A stretch of 64,000 nt of DNA. Origin: the human T2T-CHM13v2.0 reference genome, Homo sapiens. A model generated the notes under the pieces. The model was not told the origin of the DNA. It made no database searches and saw only the letters and a list, made by a program, of their open reading frames with translations. A program made the position numbers and the translations under genes. The stretch lies in NCBI RefSeq assembly GCF_009914755.1, contig NC_060928.1; one strand, written 5' to 3'. Numbering within the stretch: the stretch's first letter is position 1; every line of letters begins with the position of its first letter. Below, in pieces: positions 61,165 to 64,000 of this stretch.

Positions 61165-61505
61165 CAGGTTGAGTACTGGTTTTCCAAAGTAATTGGACAG
61201 GAAGTGTTTCAGATTTTGGATTTTTTCAGATTTTGGTATATTTGTGTATACATAATGAGATATCTTGGGGCTGGGACCCAAGTTTAAACATGAAATTTAT
61301 TTATGTTTCATATACACCATATACACATAGCCTGAAGATAATTTTATAAAATATTTTAAATAATTTTGTGCATGAAACAAAGTTTTGACAGCATTTTGGC
61401 TGCAGTCTCACATGAGTTCAGATGTGGAATTTTCCACTTGTAGCATCATATCAACATTCAGAAAGTTTTGGGATTTTGGATTTCGGATTAGGGATGCTCA
61501 ACCTG
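61165..61505. mobile_element. MER46C/Tigger4-derived MITE
   Basis: TIRs caggttgagta...tgctcaacctg; internal aatgagatatcttgggg...gggacccaag. Confidence 0.8.
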
Positions 61506-62066
61506 CATTTGCTTTTCCTCCTACTTCTCTGGCCTCTCCATCTTTATGTCCTTTTTAGAGGCCCCTCCATCTATACACTGCTGTGAAATGAAGGTTTTCC
61601 TTAAGGTTTGTTTCTGTTTAACAAACTCAAACATCTTTGACTTTTCTCTGTAAATCAGATCCTTTTAATGGTATGTTCCTAGCATTATGTACCTTAAAGA
61701 ATTTTAAAAGAAGTAACAGCTCTACAGATGAAGTTAAGCACCATGTCTGTTTTCATTTGTTATTCCATCCCAGTATCTAACATATAATAGGCATTTCACA
61801 AATAAGTTAGAGGGAATGAACAGACCTGGATTTTCTTCTTCCTTGTGCCATTATGTGGTTGCCTGCTTTCTGTTTTATTTTTTCATTTGTTATTTAAAAA
61901 ATGGTGACTATATGTCCTCTTAGATCTTTCCTAATTCTAATGCTACAGTTTTCTGGGTGTAATTTTTATTAAGCAACAGGATTTTGCAGCTTTTGAGTTT
62001 TACTTAACATATAGATTTACAGTGTTGATTTTAATTTTCTTTCTGCCCTGTCTTAATTATCAAAAG

Positions 62067-62278
62067 CTGTGCTGTTTTGGCTGAATTATAAGGCCGCCTA
62101 TGACAACTGGAATGAACAACGAATGGCTTTACATAAGGATATTCATATGGCTACAAAGGAAGTAGTAGATATGCTACCTGGTATCCAGCAAACATCAGCC
62201 CAGGCCTTTGGGACTCTTTTTCTCCAGCTCACTGTCAATGATCTGGGAATTTGCCTACCTATCACAAATACTGCACAG
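62067..62278 (+). CDS. BLTP1: BLTP1 coding exon w26 (AVLFWLNY...TNTAQ), 212 nt, phase 1-0
   Basis: tcaaaag|CTGTG ... CACAG|gtacaa; ORF 62069..62341. Confidence 0.92.
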
Positions 62279-63383
62279 GTACAAAAAGTCAAGTCATATT
62301 CCAGGATTAAGAGCCAGGCATTTCTACATAACCATTTCTAAGTATTTAGAATATAACAGTACATTTTTCAGTGTAACAGTTTATAACTGTTTAGTAGGTA
62401 GCAAGTAAGATTGAATTCCTTCAACCATTACTCATCTCAATGTATTAAATCTTAATCTCATGGGACTTTTCTCTGAAGCACTCTTATATGCTTCAGAATA
62501 GTGATAAGATTGATACCCCCCAGATAACTCTTAATTTTTACCTTCATAAAAAGAAGCTTAGTTTCAGAATCATTTTATTGTTTTCTTTTTTAACAAGGAA
62601 GTCATTGGTATGGACTTGTTTATAAGATGGAAATAAAAGGACATTTAAGAATACTGTTTAATGAACTTAACCTGTAATAGAATAGGGAATTCCAAAATGC
62701 TTTTATACTGTAATATTTAATGGTAATGAAACTTCAAAGCAGTGTGCACATAAACCAGGAATTTTCTCTTTGCAACTTAAGACCAATTTTCAGGAATATG
62801 TAACTGCATGCACATGTGTGTATGAGAGAGAGAAAAGGCTATGAACACCTGTCAGGCCAAGAAGCAACAGTTATTAACAATAGCATATAGAGATCTATAT
62901 TTTACTGTTACAATTTACCTTAATAACTTGTAACCAGTTGTTGAATTAATTTATCTTTTAGGATTCTGTTCGGTAAGACAGTGTTAAGAAAAACTTCAGG
63001 TTGAGGATGGGTGGCATTGGTATGTTTGTGTTTCAGGAACTGAAATATAGTAGTTTTTTAATAGCATAATGGGCACTGCCTAGGAAGGCCATAAACACCA
63101 CAGGTGGGTGGCATAGTGAGATCATCTCCCCACAACTAAAAGAGAGGCTTGAGATAGAAATGTAGATAGCCCTTTGTATGTTAAGTAAGAAAAAAAATGC
63201 ACATGGCAAGTACATTGCACTTAAGCAATTTAATTTTTAAAAGGCATCTTTCTAAGCTGCTCTTTAATGAACATATCTAGGCTTGACCGTTTCTAGATTT
63301 CTATTCCTATGAATCCTGTGAGGATTTCTAAGTTTAAAAAATTGTCACCTTTTGTCTTATTTCTTCTTTAATATATTTTGCAG

Positions 63384-63582
63384 TCTAATCATACTGGAGA
63401 CCTTGACACTGGTTCTGCTTTGGTATTAACCATTGAAAGTACTCTCATCACTGCATGCTCTTCAGAGTCTCTGGTTAGCAAAGGGCATTTCAAAAACTTT
63501 TGTATCCGTTTTGCTGATGGATTTGAGACATCATGGGATGACTGGAAACCAGAAATTCATGGGGATTTAGTGATGAATGCCT
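63384..63582 (+). CDS. BLTP1: BLTP1 coding exon w27 (SNHTGDLD...LVMNA), 199 nt, phase 0-1
   Basis: tttgcag|TCTAA ... TGCCT|gtgagt; ORF 63378..63614. Confidence 0.92.
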
Positions 63583-64000
63583 GTGAGTATCTTTTATTTC
63601 TATATACAGTTTAGAACTTAAAAAATAAAACATTAAGTCTCCATTTGTGAAATTAAAAGATGCTTAGATATAGCAAATGTTTTTAGACTTTGAGAAAGAA
63701 GGGCTATTTCTAGTTACAGGTAACAAACCATATTCGTGAAAAACTACAGCATTGAGTAGTTTTGGTAAGTAAACCAACCAGGCATTCTTTTTGGTACTAT
63801 AACATTTGAATGTTTACACAGTCCCTGATTTTTCCTGTAATTGATCCATGTTTGACCAGATAAAGCATTTTTGACCTGTCGGAATCTTGAAAAAAAATGA
63901 TAAATGTGCAATATCCAACTCACCATAAAACACAGAACAGGTTGTAAATAGCCAGGACCAGGAACGCCAGCCTTAATTAATATTGACGTGAATAAATCCA

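Overview
Human/hominoid genomic DNA: AT-rich, with about 14 Alu elements plus L1, L2, MIR, Tigger and HSMAR2 fossils. It is an internal segment of one large + strand protein-coding gene, which I recognise from peptide memory as BLTP1 (KIAA1109; bridge-like lipid transfer protein 1). I traced 27 coding exons by hand (numbered w1-w27 within this window), from 214 to 63582, 5215 nt in total. They splice into one uninterrupted reading frame of about 1738 codons with consistent phases; neither start nor stop codon is in the window. One intron (3745-4423) must be GC-AG. Most other ORFs in the track are Alu, L1, Tigger or CR1 remnants or chance ORFs. I see no evidence of a new multi-gene system. The most interesting signals concern splicing: a 51-nt symmetric micro-exon flanked by RBFOX and QKI motifs, a frame-symmetric candidate poison exon with one UGA-CUA, a cryptic exon beside a (UG)24 tract, and inverted Alus around a stop-free 555-nt exon block. 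Structural oddities include an intronic partial copy of an exon, a 54-bp near-perfect palindrome, and a CR1/L3 reverse-transcriptase remnant. Repeat subfamily names come from recalled consensus sequences and need RepeatMasker/Dfam confirmation.
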